From a phage, in sequence record PX502252.1: a DNA stretch of 44,418 nucleotides. One strand, 5' to 3'. Made by a program: the position numbers and the translations under genes. Positions within the stretch are counted from its first letter, which is position 1, and every line of letters starts with the position of its first letter. The notes under the pieces were generated by a model that worked only from the letters and a program-made list of their open reading frames with translations, was not told the DNA's origin and made no database searches. Shown one piece after another: positions 28,001-35,946 of this stretch.

Positions 28001-28852
28001 GAGAAAATTGTAGCTCGCTCTATCAATAAGAGACTAAAGCAACATTTGATGGGTGAGCGACAGCTACCCAAAGCAGACCTTGAAGAAGTTGGCCTAAGTG
28101 AAGATGTCATGAAGAGACTTAAACGTCACTTTGATGATAACCCAATGTACGCTGATTACAACGGTGAAAAAGTTCGTATGATGAACTTTGATGCTATGGA
28201 GCCAGATCTGAGAGAAACAGTAGGTGTTGCTGTGCGAAGAATGTCAGGCCGTCTTATTCAACGTAACTTCATTGGTGATGAAGGTATCTGGATGAACAAA
28301 TGGTGGGGTAAAGCATTAACTCAGTTTAAGTCATTCTCTATCGTCTCTATTGAGAAACAGTTAATCCATGATTTACGAGGTGATAAGATTCAGGCTGCAC
28401 AGATACTTGCATGGTCTACTTTACTAGGTTATGCATCTTATTCACTACAGATGCAGCTGCAAGCGATTGGTAGGGAAGATAGAGACAAGTTCTTGAGGGA
28501 TAAGTTTGACACACAGAACATCGCTATGGGTGTCTTTAATAAACTCCCACAAGTTGCAGGCTTCGGTCTTGCTGGTGATGCTTTGGCAACCTTTGGCCTA
28601 ATGCCAGACTCCATGATGCAAGCACCGGGACGTATGGGCTTCCGTCAGCAAGGATTTGGTGATTTGGTAGCAGGTGCTGGTGTAATCAGTGATACAGTTA
28701 ATTTGTCACAAGCACTGGTTAAGTATGCCAGTGGGGATGATGATGTCTCTACTAGGCAGTTGGTGGACAAGGTGCGTCGCCTTGTTCCTTTGGCAAATAC
28801 TATTGGTGTAGGTCAGATGACTAAAGCCAGTGTAGACTTATTGGAGGATTGA
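25049..28852 (+). CDS. Internal virion (core/ejection) protein, T7 gp16-like
   Basis: 1267 aa; size and position. Confidence 0.85.
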   Translation: MVDSINQNWVAVTQRKLPPTFSQVAEAERRVEDQRAKDKVFQTAIESEWALYGGQRAYERHTTEFTEQEGYEVPESTKDELSKLYGYEIAQDIVKNVKSPEELQFRMSNAAADKDRADILARNGFTGFSAQIAAGILDPVGWAASLVAAPVAGAVKVGRLGRIIKTAALSGAENAALEAVLAQGDYQRGVDDVLAAAGFGMIMGGTIGAATRERIASAGSRTAAERAEVVFDDLDTVVKGADEFDSSAARAVREAMEYDAYMAARNYEPLRAREVDADMAILSHTDNLKANASVRMSASEKGLLKKQIRQLEAEAATLKGKKIDAVAEAAAAKGAPKSAADRLDLDVQKKALARRFDEPLADLQARLDELNAKLSRANNVGKAKEELKRFSSLSREDQIKELGLDAPMRKVEMTRAVRDAVAAIRAERKKTPTEIHAGQVAEEAIKQKADDSIGAKRVEGSEIAGEQFDLSKNMEELMDDLAREAYQSDVRPINLKGLGSVSSVILNSENPVFRGLGLRLLENAQGGAYQGKTASILSDVYGNLIRHAERNRYNDGFSQFIKDNNLRAVDYLNPATTRDFNNQIYTAIVRGIPEDTPRGVKLAAEGIADKLKKALEIRKQAGEHGFEDVQSAKDYIPVIYDGIKITEAVNKLGSSEAVIHLLSKGYQTGKYKLGKKAADALAKVQYIRASDSTLSSRVAFDRVVSQQQQVQLIEDLKKAGVPDRIIDNFIEGTELAEMAESVSNRAKASMGINTQAEYGGLKVQDLLNTNVGELTENYGKEAAGGAALAAMGFPTRQSVLNAIDAAERAGRNMAGSNAKAIKQLRSEAEMLRDAVKLIYGNTIDADPNSGIVRGTRRVREITGLLRLGQMGFAQIPELARAISKMGLGTVLKSVPATKFLRSRAARKGGTAQGELLEPELREMEELLGYIGEDNWLTGWNVRHDEFGETADNLGKLSAIIDNGLAMGSRINTILSGFKAVQGGSEKIVARSINKRLKQHLMGERQLPKADLEEVGLSEDVMKRLKRHFDDNPMYADYNGEKVRMMNFDAMEPDLRETVGVAVRRMSGRLIQRNFIGDEGIWMNKWWGKALTQFKSFSIVSIEKQLIHDLRGDKIQAAQILAWSTLLGYASYSLQMQLQAIGREDRDKFLRDKFDTQNIAMGVFNKLPQVAGFGLAGDALATFGLMPDSMMQAPGRMGFRQQGFGDLVAGAGVISDTVNLSQALVKYASGDDDVSTRQLVDKVRRLVPLANTIGVGQMTKASVDLLED

Positions 28853-29811
28853 TGAGTTACACATTCACTGAACATACAGCGAATGGCACTCAAACTACTT
28901 TCCCCTTCCGGTTCGCTGGGAGGGACAAGGGGTACTTGAGGGCTTCTGATATTTTAGTTGAAGTAAGAAATGATGGTGTATGGAACACGGTAAGCGGTTG
29001 GACACTTACAGGCACTAACCAGATAACCTTTAATGTACCACCAGCGGCAAATACAAAACTTCGCATCAGGCGCGTTGTAGAGAAAGAAGAGCCTTATGCA
29101 GAGTTTGACCGTGGTGTGACCTTAGATATGAAATCTCTCAATAACTCCTTTATACACCTTTTGGAAGTATCTCAGGAGCTACTGGATGGTTTCTATCCAG
29201 ATGGTTACTTTGTAAAGCAAGATACATCTTGGGGTGGACATAAGATTACTGATTTGGCTGATGGCACAAATCCGGGAGATGCAGTAAATAAAGGACAGCT
29301 TGATGCCATCGACAAGAAGCATACAGATTGGAACGCCAAACAGGACATTGAGATTGCTGGCCTTAAAGCAGGTATGACTTCTGGTATTGCGCACAGAACT
29401 GTCCCTTGGTATACGATCGCACAAGGAGGTGAGATTTCCGTAAAGCCTCCTTATGAATTTCAAGATGCACTAGTTTTCCTTAATGGGGTATTACAACACC
29501 AAATCGTAGGCGCATACTCTATAAGCAACAACACTATTACTTTCGCAGAGCCACTTGTGGCTGGCACAGAGGTGTACGTGTTGGTGGGGAGTCGTGTGGC
29601 TACATCTGAACCTAATATTCAGTTAGAGCTGAACTTTGACTTAGTAGAAGGTCAACAAGTAGTAAAGATTGGCTCTGCATTTAAGTATATTGAGGTTTAT
29701 CTTGATGGACTATTACAACCTAAACTTGCTTATCAGGTAGATGGTGACATTGTTACTTTCTCAGAGGGAGTACCAGAATGTCGGATGACTGCTAAGATTA
29801 TCACAGCATAA
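28852..29811 (+). CDS. Tail fibre adaptor protein (T7 gp17 N-terminal domain-like)
   Basis: N-terminus FTEHTANGTQTTFPFRF...TKLRIRR resembles tail-attachment domain of T7 gp17; 320 aa. Confidence 0.7.
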   Translation: MSYTFTEHTANGTQTTFPFRFAGRDKGYLRASDILVEVRNDGVWNTVSGWTLTGTNQITFNVPPAANTKLRIRRVVEKEEPYAEFDRGVTLDMKSLNNSFIHLLEVSQELLDGFYPDGYFVKQDTSWGGHKITDLADGTNPGDAVNKGQLDAIDKKHTDWNAKQDIEIAGLKAGMTSGIAHRTVPWYTIAQGGEISVKPPYEFQDALVFLNGVLQHQIVGAYSISNNTITFAEPLVAGTEVYVLVGSRVATSEPNIQLELNFDLVEGQQVVKIGSAFKYIEVYLDGLLQPKLAYQVDGDIVTFSEGVPECRMTAKIITA

Positions 29812-29820
29812 GGAGGTGGG

Positions 29821-30015
29821 ATGATAAACTCCGAACTGGTAGACAATGGTGTGAAGCTAGCGCCACCTGCATTAGTCTCAGGTGGGTACTTCCTCGGTAT
29901 CAGTTGGGACAATTGGGTACTGATAGCAACATTCATTTATACAGTGTTGCAGATTGGCGATTGGTTCTATACTAAATATACAATATGGAGGAAGAAGCGT
30001 GAGCGTGCACAATAA
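29821..30015 (+). CDS. Holin-like small membrane protein (64 aa)
   Basis: AGGAGG SD; hydrophobic segment WVLIATFIYTVLQIG and basic C-terminus RKKRERAQ; position equals T7 gene 17.5. Confidence 0.6.
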   Translation: MINSELVDNGVKLAPPALVSGGYFLGISWDNWVLIATFIYTVLQIGDWFYTKYTIWRKKRERAQ

Positions 30016-30298
30016 ACATGCAGCCACAGAGGATGAAGTAGGCATCCTGCATGGCGCTATTACGAAGATGTTTAATAAGAAAGCAAAGGCTATACTGGAC
30101 ACTATAGAAGCAGACCCTGATTCTGCTATGCACCTAGTGTCAGGTAAAGATATTGGAGCCATGTGTAAATGGGTTTTAGATAATGGCATTACTGCCACCC
30201 CTGCTGCACAGCAGGAGGAGTCCAAGTTATCTAAGCGCCTCAAGGCTATCCGAGAGGCGTCCAGTGGCAAGATCATTCAGTTCACTAAGGAGGATTGA
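29999..30298 (+). CDS. Terminase small subunit (start uncertain)
   Basis: Immediately upstream of large terminase with stop/start overlap; GTG 29999 has GGAGGA 6 nt upstream; ORF track extends to 29954. Confidence 0.55.
   Translation: MSVHNKHAATEDEVGILHGAITKMFNKKAKAILDTIEADPDSAMHLVSGKDIGAMCKWVLDNGITATPAAQQEESKLSKRLKAIREASSGKIIQFTKED
30091..30113 (+). promoter_or_regulatory. SP6-type phage promoter embedded in small terminase gene (TATACTGGACACTATAGAAGCAG)
   Basis: Core ACTGGACACTATAGAAG exact; in-frame encodes ILDTIEA. Confidence 0.55.
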
Positions 30299-32193
30299 TG
30301 GCTAAGGCAAGAGAATCACAAGCGGAGGCTCTTGCCAGATGGGAGATGCTACACGAGTTACAGCAGACCTTCCCTTATACCGCAGAAGGTTTGCTTCTCT
30401 TTGCTGATACAGTTATTCATAATTTAATTGCAGGTAGCCCTCATCTGATTCGTATGCAGGCAGACATCTTGAAATTCCTATTCTATGGACACAAGTATCG
30501 CCTCATCGAAGCGCCCCGTGGTATCGCTAAAACTACGCTGGCAGCAATCTATACGGTATTCCGTATCATTCATGAACCTCATAAGCGTATCATGGTTGTA
30601 TCACAAAACGCCAAGCGAGCAGAGGAAATCGCAGGTTGGGTTGTCAAAATCTTCCGAGGATTGGACTTCCTAGAGTTTATGCTGCCAGACATTTACGCTG
30701 GCGACCGTGCATCAGTTAAGGCATTCGAGATTCACTATACACTGCGTGGAAGCGACAAGTCTCCTTCTGTATCCTGCTACTCTATTGAAGCAGGTATGCA
30801 GGGTGCTCGTGCAGACATCATTCTAGCAGATGACGTTGAATCTATGCAGAATGCGCGTACCGCAGCAGGTCGTGCATTGCTTGAGGAATTAACCAAGGAG
30901 TTTGAATCTATCAACCAGTTTGGTGATATTATCTACCTTGGTACACCACAGAATGTGAACTCTATTTACAACAACCTTCCTGCACGCGGTTATTCTGTTC
31001 GTATCTGGACTGCTCGTTACCCTTCGGTAGAGCAAGAGCAATGTTATGGTGACTTCCTTGCACCTATGATCGTGCAGGATATGAAGGACAACCCAGCATT
31101 GCGAACAGGTTATGGTTTGGATGGCAACAGTGGCGCTCCTTGTGCACCTGAAATGTATGATGATGATGTCTTGATTGAGAAGGAAATCTCACAAGGTGCT
31201 GCTAAGTTCCAACTTCAGTTCATGCTTAACACTCGCATGATGGATGCTGACAGATACCCATTACGCCTGAACACTCTAATCTTCACCTCGTTTGGTACAG
31301 AGGAAGTCCCTGTGATGCCTACGTGGAGCAATGATTCCATAAACATCATTGGTGATGCACCTAAGTATGGTAACAAGCCTACAGATTTCATGTACAGACC
31401 TGTGGCACGTCCATACGAATGGGGTGCTGTTACACGCAAGATTATGTATATCGACCCAGCTGGTGGCGGTAAGAACGGGGATGAGACTGGCGTAGCCATC
31501 GTATTCCTGCACGGCACATTCATTTATGTATATCAGTGCTTTGGTGTGCCGGGCGGATACCGAGAATCGTCCCTGAATCGCATTGTGCAGGCCGCAAAGC
31601 AGGCGGGTGTTAAAGAGGTATTCATTGAGAAAAACTTTGGTCATGGTGCGTTTGAGGCTGTTATAAAGCCATACTTTGAAAGGGAGTGGCCTGTGACTAT
31701 CGAAGAAGACTACGCCACTGGTCAAAAAGAACTCCGTATCATCGAGACATTAGAGCCGCTGATGACCGCGCATAGACTTATCTTCAATGCTGAGATGGTC
31801 AAGTCGGATTTCGCTTCAGTACAGAATTACCCTCTGGAATTGCGGATGTCTTATAGTTTGTTCCACCAAATGTCGAACATCACTATTGAGAAGAACAGCC
31901 TCCGGCATGATGACCGCTTAGACGCTCTGTATGGCGCTGTGCGTCAATTAACTTCTCAGATAGACTATGACGAGGTTACTCGTATTAATCGCCTCAGAGC
32001 GCAGGAGATGCGCGATTATATACAGGCGATGAACACACCTAAACTTCGTCGGGCTATGCTGTACGGAGACTATGGTGATGAGCGAAGAACAACCAACACA
32101 TCCTTGGCAATGCAGCAGAGAGTTTACGGGCAGAATTGGAGGAACCGCTCAGGCTCTAGAAATACACTTTCCTCAAGGATTTCAAGGATTTAG
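30298..32193 (+). CDS. Terminase large subunit, T7 gp19-like
   Basis: Walker A-like PRGIAKTT, Walker B ADIILADDVE; 632 aa. Confidence 0.92.
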   Translation: MAKARESQAEALARWEMLHELQQTFPYTAEGLLLFADTVIHNLIAGSPHLIRMQADILKFLFYGHKYRLIEAPRGIAKTTLAAIYTVFRIIHEPHKRIMVVSQNAKRAEEIAGWVVKIFRGLDFLEFMLPDIYAGDRASVKAFEIHYTLRGSDKSPSVSCYSIEAGMQGARADIILADDVESMQNARTAAGRALLEELTKEFESINQFGDIIYLGTPQNVNSIYNNLPARGYSVRIWTARYPSVEQEQCYGDFLAPMIVQDMKDNPALRTGYGLDGNSGAPCAPEMYDDDVLIEKEISQGAAKFQLQFMLNTRMMDADRYPLRLNTLIFTSFGTEEVPVMPTWSNDSINIIGDAPKYGNKPTDFMYRPVARPYEWGAVTRKIMYIDPAGGGKNGDETGVAIVFLHGTFIYVYQCFGVPGGYRESSLNRIVQAAKQAGVKEVFIEKNFGHGAFEAVIKPYFEREWPVTIEEDYATGQKELRIIETLEPLMTAHRLIFNAEMVKSDFASVQNYPLELRMSYSLFHQMSNITIEKNSLRHDDRLDALYGAVRQLTSQIDYDEVTRINRLRAQEMRDYIQAMNTPKLRRAMLYGDYGDERRTTNTSLAMQQRVYGQNWRNRSGSRNTLSSRISRI

Positions 32194-32194
32194 T

Positions 32195-32217
32195 ATTTAC
32201 TGGACACTATAGGAGGA
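32195..32217 (+). promoter_or_regulatory. SP6-type phage promoter (ATTTACTGGACACTATAGGAGGA)
   Basis: Consensus match directly after terminase stop. Confidence 0.75.
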
Positions 32218-32345
32218 AGACCAAGAGAATAAAGGAGTATTATAGGATAATATAGGATTACCTAGGTTATATAGGTATGCCTTAGTATGGGTGTACTCCT
32301 GTACACCTATTCCTACTTACTATTTACTTATACATATAAGGAGTG
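32218..32345. other. AT-rich promoter-proximal element sharing TATAGGATTACCTAGG with region 139-280; candidate secondary origin
   Basis: 16-bp identical core and similar AT-rich TAGG-containing flanks. Confidence 0.4.
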
Positions 32346-32349
32346 TTAG

Positions 32350-32631
32350 ATGGCTAATGATTATAGTAATCAGCCTTTAACTGGTCGTTATGACCGTAAA
32401 CAGATTACACCAACTAGTGAAGCATTAATGCTCCCTGTTGTTACAGAGGAGTCTATTAAGAAGAAAGCCAATGTTATCAATGATGCAACCAAATCTGGTA
32501 AACAGAAAGCAGCAATGGTATGTCGTCCTGTAGGTGGCACTCTTGAGATTGCCATTGCTACTGGTAGCAAAGAGGATGCAGACTGGTTGTCTGTTAAAAT
32601 GGATGGCGTTGGCCTTATTACACCAGCTTAA
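32350..32631 (+). CDS. Paralog-family small protein 1 (93 aa)
   Basis: AAGGAG SD; shares IN...SGKQKAAMV...IAIATGS...W core with next two ORFs. Confidence 0.7.
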   Translation: MANDYSNQPLTGRYDRKQITPTSEALMLPVVTEESIKKKANVINDATKSGKQKAAMVCRPVGGTLEIAIATGSKEDADWLSVKMDGVGLITPA

Positions 32632-32648
32632 TAAAAGGAGAAGATAAT

Positions 32649-32936
32649 ATGTCTAAGTATGGCGATGCAGGTACTACTACTGGTCAGGCTTTTCGTGTAA
32701 AAGCAGTACAAACTATTGCAACTGCAATCCCTATGCCTATCGTGGCAGAAGCTGACCTTAAAAAGAAAGATCATCCAATTAATATTGAACACCTATCTGG
32801 TAAGCAGAAAGGTGCTATGGTGGTTGTAGATAAGGGAGATAATAGCCTTTATATTGCTATTGCACGTGGTTCTGCACCAACTGACCAGTGGGATGTAACT
32901 ACTATGGAAGCTGTACCTGTAACACCAGGAGCTTAA
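32649..32936 (+). CDS. Paralog-family small protein 2 (95 aa)
   Basis: AAGGAGAAG SD; INIEHLSGKQKGAMVVV...IAIARGSAPTDQW. Confidence 0.7.
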   Translation: MSKYGDAGTTTGQAFRVKAVQTIATAIPMPIVAEADLKKKDHPINIEHLSGKQKGAMVVVDKGDNSLYIAIARGSAPTDQWDVTTMEAVPVTPGA

Positions 32937-32937
32937 T

Positions 32938-33627
32938 ATGCTGGGAGTAACAGGACAACGCAATAAGAATGTAGCCACCAAAGTAGTGGCTGATTTAGCT
33001 ACTGCTGCTACTGTCGAGGAATTACGAGATCAACATAGCTCTATTAACCGTGCTGACCTTTCTGGTAAACAAGAAGGTTCCGCTGTTATTGTTAAGAAAG
33101 AAGATGGGAATTATTCTATCTTTGTAGCAACAGGAAGCAAGCCGACTGATGTGTGGAAAGAGTTGTCTCCAACAATACCAGAGCAAGAGATGCCTGCTGA
33201 ATATATTGATATGATTGATGTTCAAATTCATCAAGATTCTGCAAGCAACTTACGCATAGACTCTTCTCGCACTAGTTTAATACAAACACCAATGTGGGAT
33301 ACTGAAGGTGAGTTGTTATTCCGTAATACACTAAGTGCAACATGTTCTTGTACTATTCTTGTTGATGGTGCGTCTGGTGTTCGTCAGGATTTTACTTTTA
33401 AGATTAATGGACTTTTAGAGCAGGAAGAGCAGTATTATGATATTGACACACTTATGTGCTCTATTCACTCTGCAACAGCAACTAATGGCCTTACCTTGTG
33501 TATGCCAGATGCTAAAAGTGCAAAGACTAATAAAATGGTAGTTAAGATCGACACTATGCAGTCATTAGCTATGAGCTTTGATCTTAACTTCCTTGTAGAA
33601 TGGACGTCACCAACGAGGTTACTATAA
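32938..33627 (+). CDS. Paralog-family protein 3 (229 aa), conserved N-terminal domain plus C-terminal extension
   Basis: INRADLSGKQEGSAVIV...IFVATGSKPTDVW then about 140 aa unique region. Confidence 0.7.
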   Translation: MLGVTGQRNKNVATKVVADLATAATVEELRDQHSSINRADLSGKQEGSAVIVKKEDGNYSIFVATGSKPTDVWKELSPTIPEQEMPAEYIDMIDVQIHQDSASNLRIDSSRTSLIQTPMWDTEGELLFRNTLSATCSCTILVDGASGVRQDFTFKINGLLEQEEQYYDIDTLMCSIHSATATNGLTLCMPDAKSAKTNKMVVKIDTMQSLAMSFDLNFLVEWTSPTRLL

Positions 33628-33971
33628 TGCTAAATCAATACTTCAAGCGTAAAGAGTTTGCTTGCCGTTGTGGGTGCGGCACATCTACTGTTGATGCTGA
33701 GTTACTACAGGTAATCACAGATGTGCGTGAGCACTTTGGTTCTCCTGTAGTTATCACTTCTGGGCATCGCTGTGCTAAGCACAATGCTAATGTAGGGGGA
33801 GCTAAAAACTCCATGCATCTTACTGGTAAGGCTGCTGACATTAAGGTACGAGGCATCTTACCATCTGAAGTGCATAAGTATCTTACTGATAAGTACCAAG
33901 GCAAATATGGGATTGGTAAGTACAACTCCTTCACCCATATTGATGTACGGGATGGGTGTGCACGATGGTAG
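33627..33971 (+). CDS. Endolysin, zinc peptidase M15 family (L-alanyl-D-glutamate / D-Ala-D-Ala peptidase type)
   Basis: SGHRCAKHNANVGGAKNSMHLTGKAADI and FTHIDVR motifs (His/Asp zinc ligands of M15); start ATG 33627 with GAGG upstream (alternative 33600). Confidence 0.8.
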   Translation: MLNQYFKRKEFACRCGCGTSTVDAELLQVITDVREHFGSPVVITSGHRCAKHNANVGGAKNSMHLTGKAADIKVRGILPSEVHKYLTDKYQGKYGIGKYNSFTHIDVRDGCARW

Positions 33972-34079
33972 GTTGTGTTGCATGGTGTGAACGCATGGTT
34001 GCTAAGGCTTCAGAGGAAGGTAACTATGAAGATTGGCAGAACTACTCAACTTTATTAGCTCAATGGAAAGGGAGATGCA

Positions 34080-34229
34080 ATGAAAAAGCTGTTCAAGTCT
34101 AAGAAGGTTGTAGGTGCACTAGTTGCATTGGCAATTGCTCTTGTTTCTGTAGGTCTTGGCGTAGACCTTGGCTCTGGCACGGAATCCTCTGTGACAGATG
34201 TGGTCTGCCAAGTGATCACCTGTGAATAA
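34080..34229 (+). CDS. Small membrane protein (49 aa), lysis-cassette associated
   Basis: AGGGAG SD; N-terminal basic then hydrophobic VVGALVALAIALVSVGLGV; below ORF-track cutoff. Confidence 0.4.
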   Translation: MKKLFKSKKVVGALVALAIALVSVGLGVDLGSGTESSVTDVVCQVITCE

Positions 34230-34443
34230 GTTTCTAGAAGTGCTGGCAGGTATTATTGGCCTGCTTGTATCTGCTAAGAAGAAACAAGAAGAGAAGGAGG
34301 CACAAAGTGAAGCGAATCATGCTAGCGACAATCCTGCTGATTGGTTCGCTGATAATTTCCGGGTGTCAGCAGGCGCTACAAGAGAAGAAAGGTGTGAAGC
34401 CGCTGAAGCCGACGCTGACGGCAGTTTACGAAATGGACGGTAA
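34222..34443 (+). CDS. Putative i-spanin (Rz-like), GTG start
   Basis: N-terminal TM FLEVLAGIIGLLVSA followed by charged helical region; contains overlapping o-spanin in +1 frame. Confidence 0.45.
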   Translation: MNKFLEVLAGIIGLLVSAKKKQEEKEAQSEANHASDNPADWFADNFRVSAGATREERCEAAEADADGSLRNGR

Positions 34444-34516
34444 GGTCTGCTTCAGTAAGCCTGACGCTACACAATTAGGTTTGTATATTCTTTCACTAGA
34501 GCGTGGATATAATTAA
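34307..34516 (+). CDS. Putative o-spanin (Rz1-like) outer-membrane lipoprotein, overlapping i-spanin
   Basis: Lipoprotein signal peptide KRIMLATILLIGSLIISG|C with lipobox ISGC; AAGGAGG 5 nt upstream of GTG 34307 (ATG 34319 alternative). Confidence 0.6.
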   Translation: MKRIMLATILLIGSLIISGCQQALQEKKGVKPLKPTLTAVYEMDGKVCFSKPDATQLGLYILSLERGYN

Positions 34517-34545
34517 TACATAGCTTTATGTATCAGTGTCTTACG

Positions 34546-34568
34546 ATTTACTGGACACTATAGAAGAG
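34546..34568 (+). promoter_or_regulatory. SP6-type phage promoter (ATTTACTGGACACTATAGAAGAG) upstream of receptor-binding protein genes
   Basis: Full consensus match; ORF track's 34536 start runs through it, so true CDS start is downstream. Confidence 0.8.
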
Positions 34569-34646
34569 ATAAATAGTGCCGTTCATTTGAGCGGCCTATT
34601 ACTAGCCAATCTTCATAGGGAGGGTTGGAAAGTAATAGGAGACAAT

Positions 34647-35714
34647 ATGGCTAAACTTACTAAAGTCTTCCAAGGCAGGGATGGTAAAGGTCAAGAGGAC
34701 TTTTATACCGGAGGTGGATGGAGCGGAGCCGATGGTGAGTCCGGTAGTATTTATAAAACTGTAGGCTCTCCACAAGAGAGTGCATCTAGGTGGAGATTTT
34801 CATTAAAAGAAAATGAACTAGTAGAAGAGCCTACCATCTGGTTAAATAAACGAACCAAAGTGTCTAGAAGTGATGGCATTAAAAGGTGGGATGCTGGCAA
34901 TTTATATTGCGGCCTAGATAAGATAGAAGGAGATGCATATGCTGCATCTTTAACTGGTGCAGCAAGACACCTAGGTGGGGAAGGGGATGTGATAGGTGTG
35001 CACGGAAGAGGTTGTGCCTATCATGGAAAAGCAAAAGTATGGGGTGGGTGGTTTTACGCTGCATCCAGAGTAGATAGCGAAGTTGTTGCAGGAGAAGCAC
35101 CTATTGATATGATAGGTGTTGAAATAAACTTAAACCATAAAAGAGAGGACATCTCTTGGACACCAGCAGAGGGTAAAGGCTTATACCGAGGCCTTGTAGT
35201 CACTACGGCAGATGGTGGAAAAAGATGCCATATAGGTATAGATGTTGGAGCACAAACCAGTAATAAATCAGAACCTTGGTATGTAGGGCTACGCATAAGA
35301 AAGGACAGCATAGTTCCTTTCAATGATGAAAGAGAAGGTAATGCGGCATCTGCAATATTAATAGAAGGCTCTACTCTACAATCCAAGGCGTATGGTGGTT
35401 TATCATTTAAGAATGGAACCCTAGCATATGGTATAGATTTTACAGGTATAGCTTTGATTGACAACCAAGCTGCATTGGTAATGAAAGATGACCATAGGAT
35501 CCGTTGGGGTTCAAGGGTGTCATCTAGATACATCTCAGGCAACAGTGTAACTGGTCAAGTAAATTTCAATAACTATGCAATTGCAGTAAATGGCAATAAA
35601 GTTATTGGAGAGCAACAACAAGCCATAAGTAATGCATCACAAGGTACAGAGGTTGATACTATAAATAATATCTTAGAAGCCCTAAGATCTCACGGACTAA
35701 TTAAGAGAGGTTAA
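34647..35714 (+). CDS. Putative tail fibre / receptor-binding protein 1 (355 aa), function unassigned
   Basis: TAGGAGA SD before ATG 34647; Gly-rich; located in the tailspike module; no confident domain call. Confidence 0.55.
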   Translation: MAKLTKVFQGRDGKGQEDFYTGGGWSGADGESGSIYKTVGSPQESASRWRFSLKENELVEEPTIWLNKRTKVSRSDGIKRWDAGNLYCGLDKIEGDAYAASLTGAARHLGGEGDVIGVHGRGCAYHGKAKVWGGWFYAASRVDSEVVAGEAPIDMIGVEINLNHKREDISWTPAEGKGLYRGLVVTTADGGKRCHIGIDVGAQTSNKSEPWYVGLRIRKDSIVPFNDEREGNAASAILIEGSTLQSKAYGGLSFKNGTLAYGIDFTGIALIDNQAALVMKDDHRIRWGSRVSSRYISGNSVTGQVNFNNYAIAVNGNKVIGEQQQAISNASQGTEVDTINNILEALRSHGLIKRG

Positions 35715-35718
35715 TATT

Positions 35719-35862
35719 ATGAAGGAAGAAGTTATTAAAAATATCTTAAAGTTTATGAGTCGAGTTGAATTACATGGGTATGAAGTTCCTGCTTTTGTTA
35801 TTTGTATGGACTCGCTTGAAGCTATGCTTCTATCAAGCAATGAAGACAAAGCGGATGTTTAA
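35719..35862 (+). CDS. Small protein (47 aa) between the two receptor-binding genes
   Basis: ATG 4 nt after upstream stop, GAGAGG upstream; followed by hairpin terminator; below ORF-track cutoff. Confidence 0.35.
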   Translation: MKEEVIKNILKFMSRVELHGYEVPAFVICMDSLEAMLLSSNEDKADV

Positions 35863-35868
35863 ACAGTG

Positions 35869-35890
35869 GCAGTGCGTAAGCACTGCTTTT
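35869..35890 (+). terminator. Hairpin GCAGTGC-GTAA-GCACTGC followed by TTTT
   Basis: Perfect 7-bp stem, GNRA-like tetraloop, T-tract. Confidence 0.55.
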
Positions 35891-35946
35891 CACGCAACTT
35901 TTCTTAAAGGTTATCATGGTGGTAGCCTTTCAGAAAAGGAGGGTAC

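Noticed and set aside
33965-34102. 45-aa Cys-containing ORF overlapping endolysin 3' end and the 34080 ORF
   Set aside because: No SD and overlaps two better-supported genes
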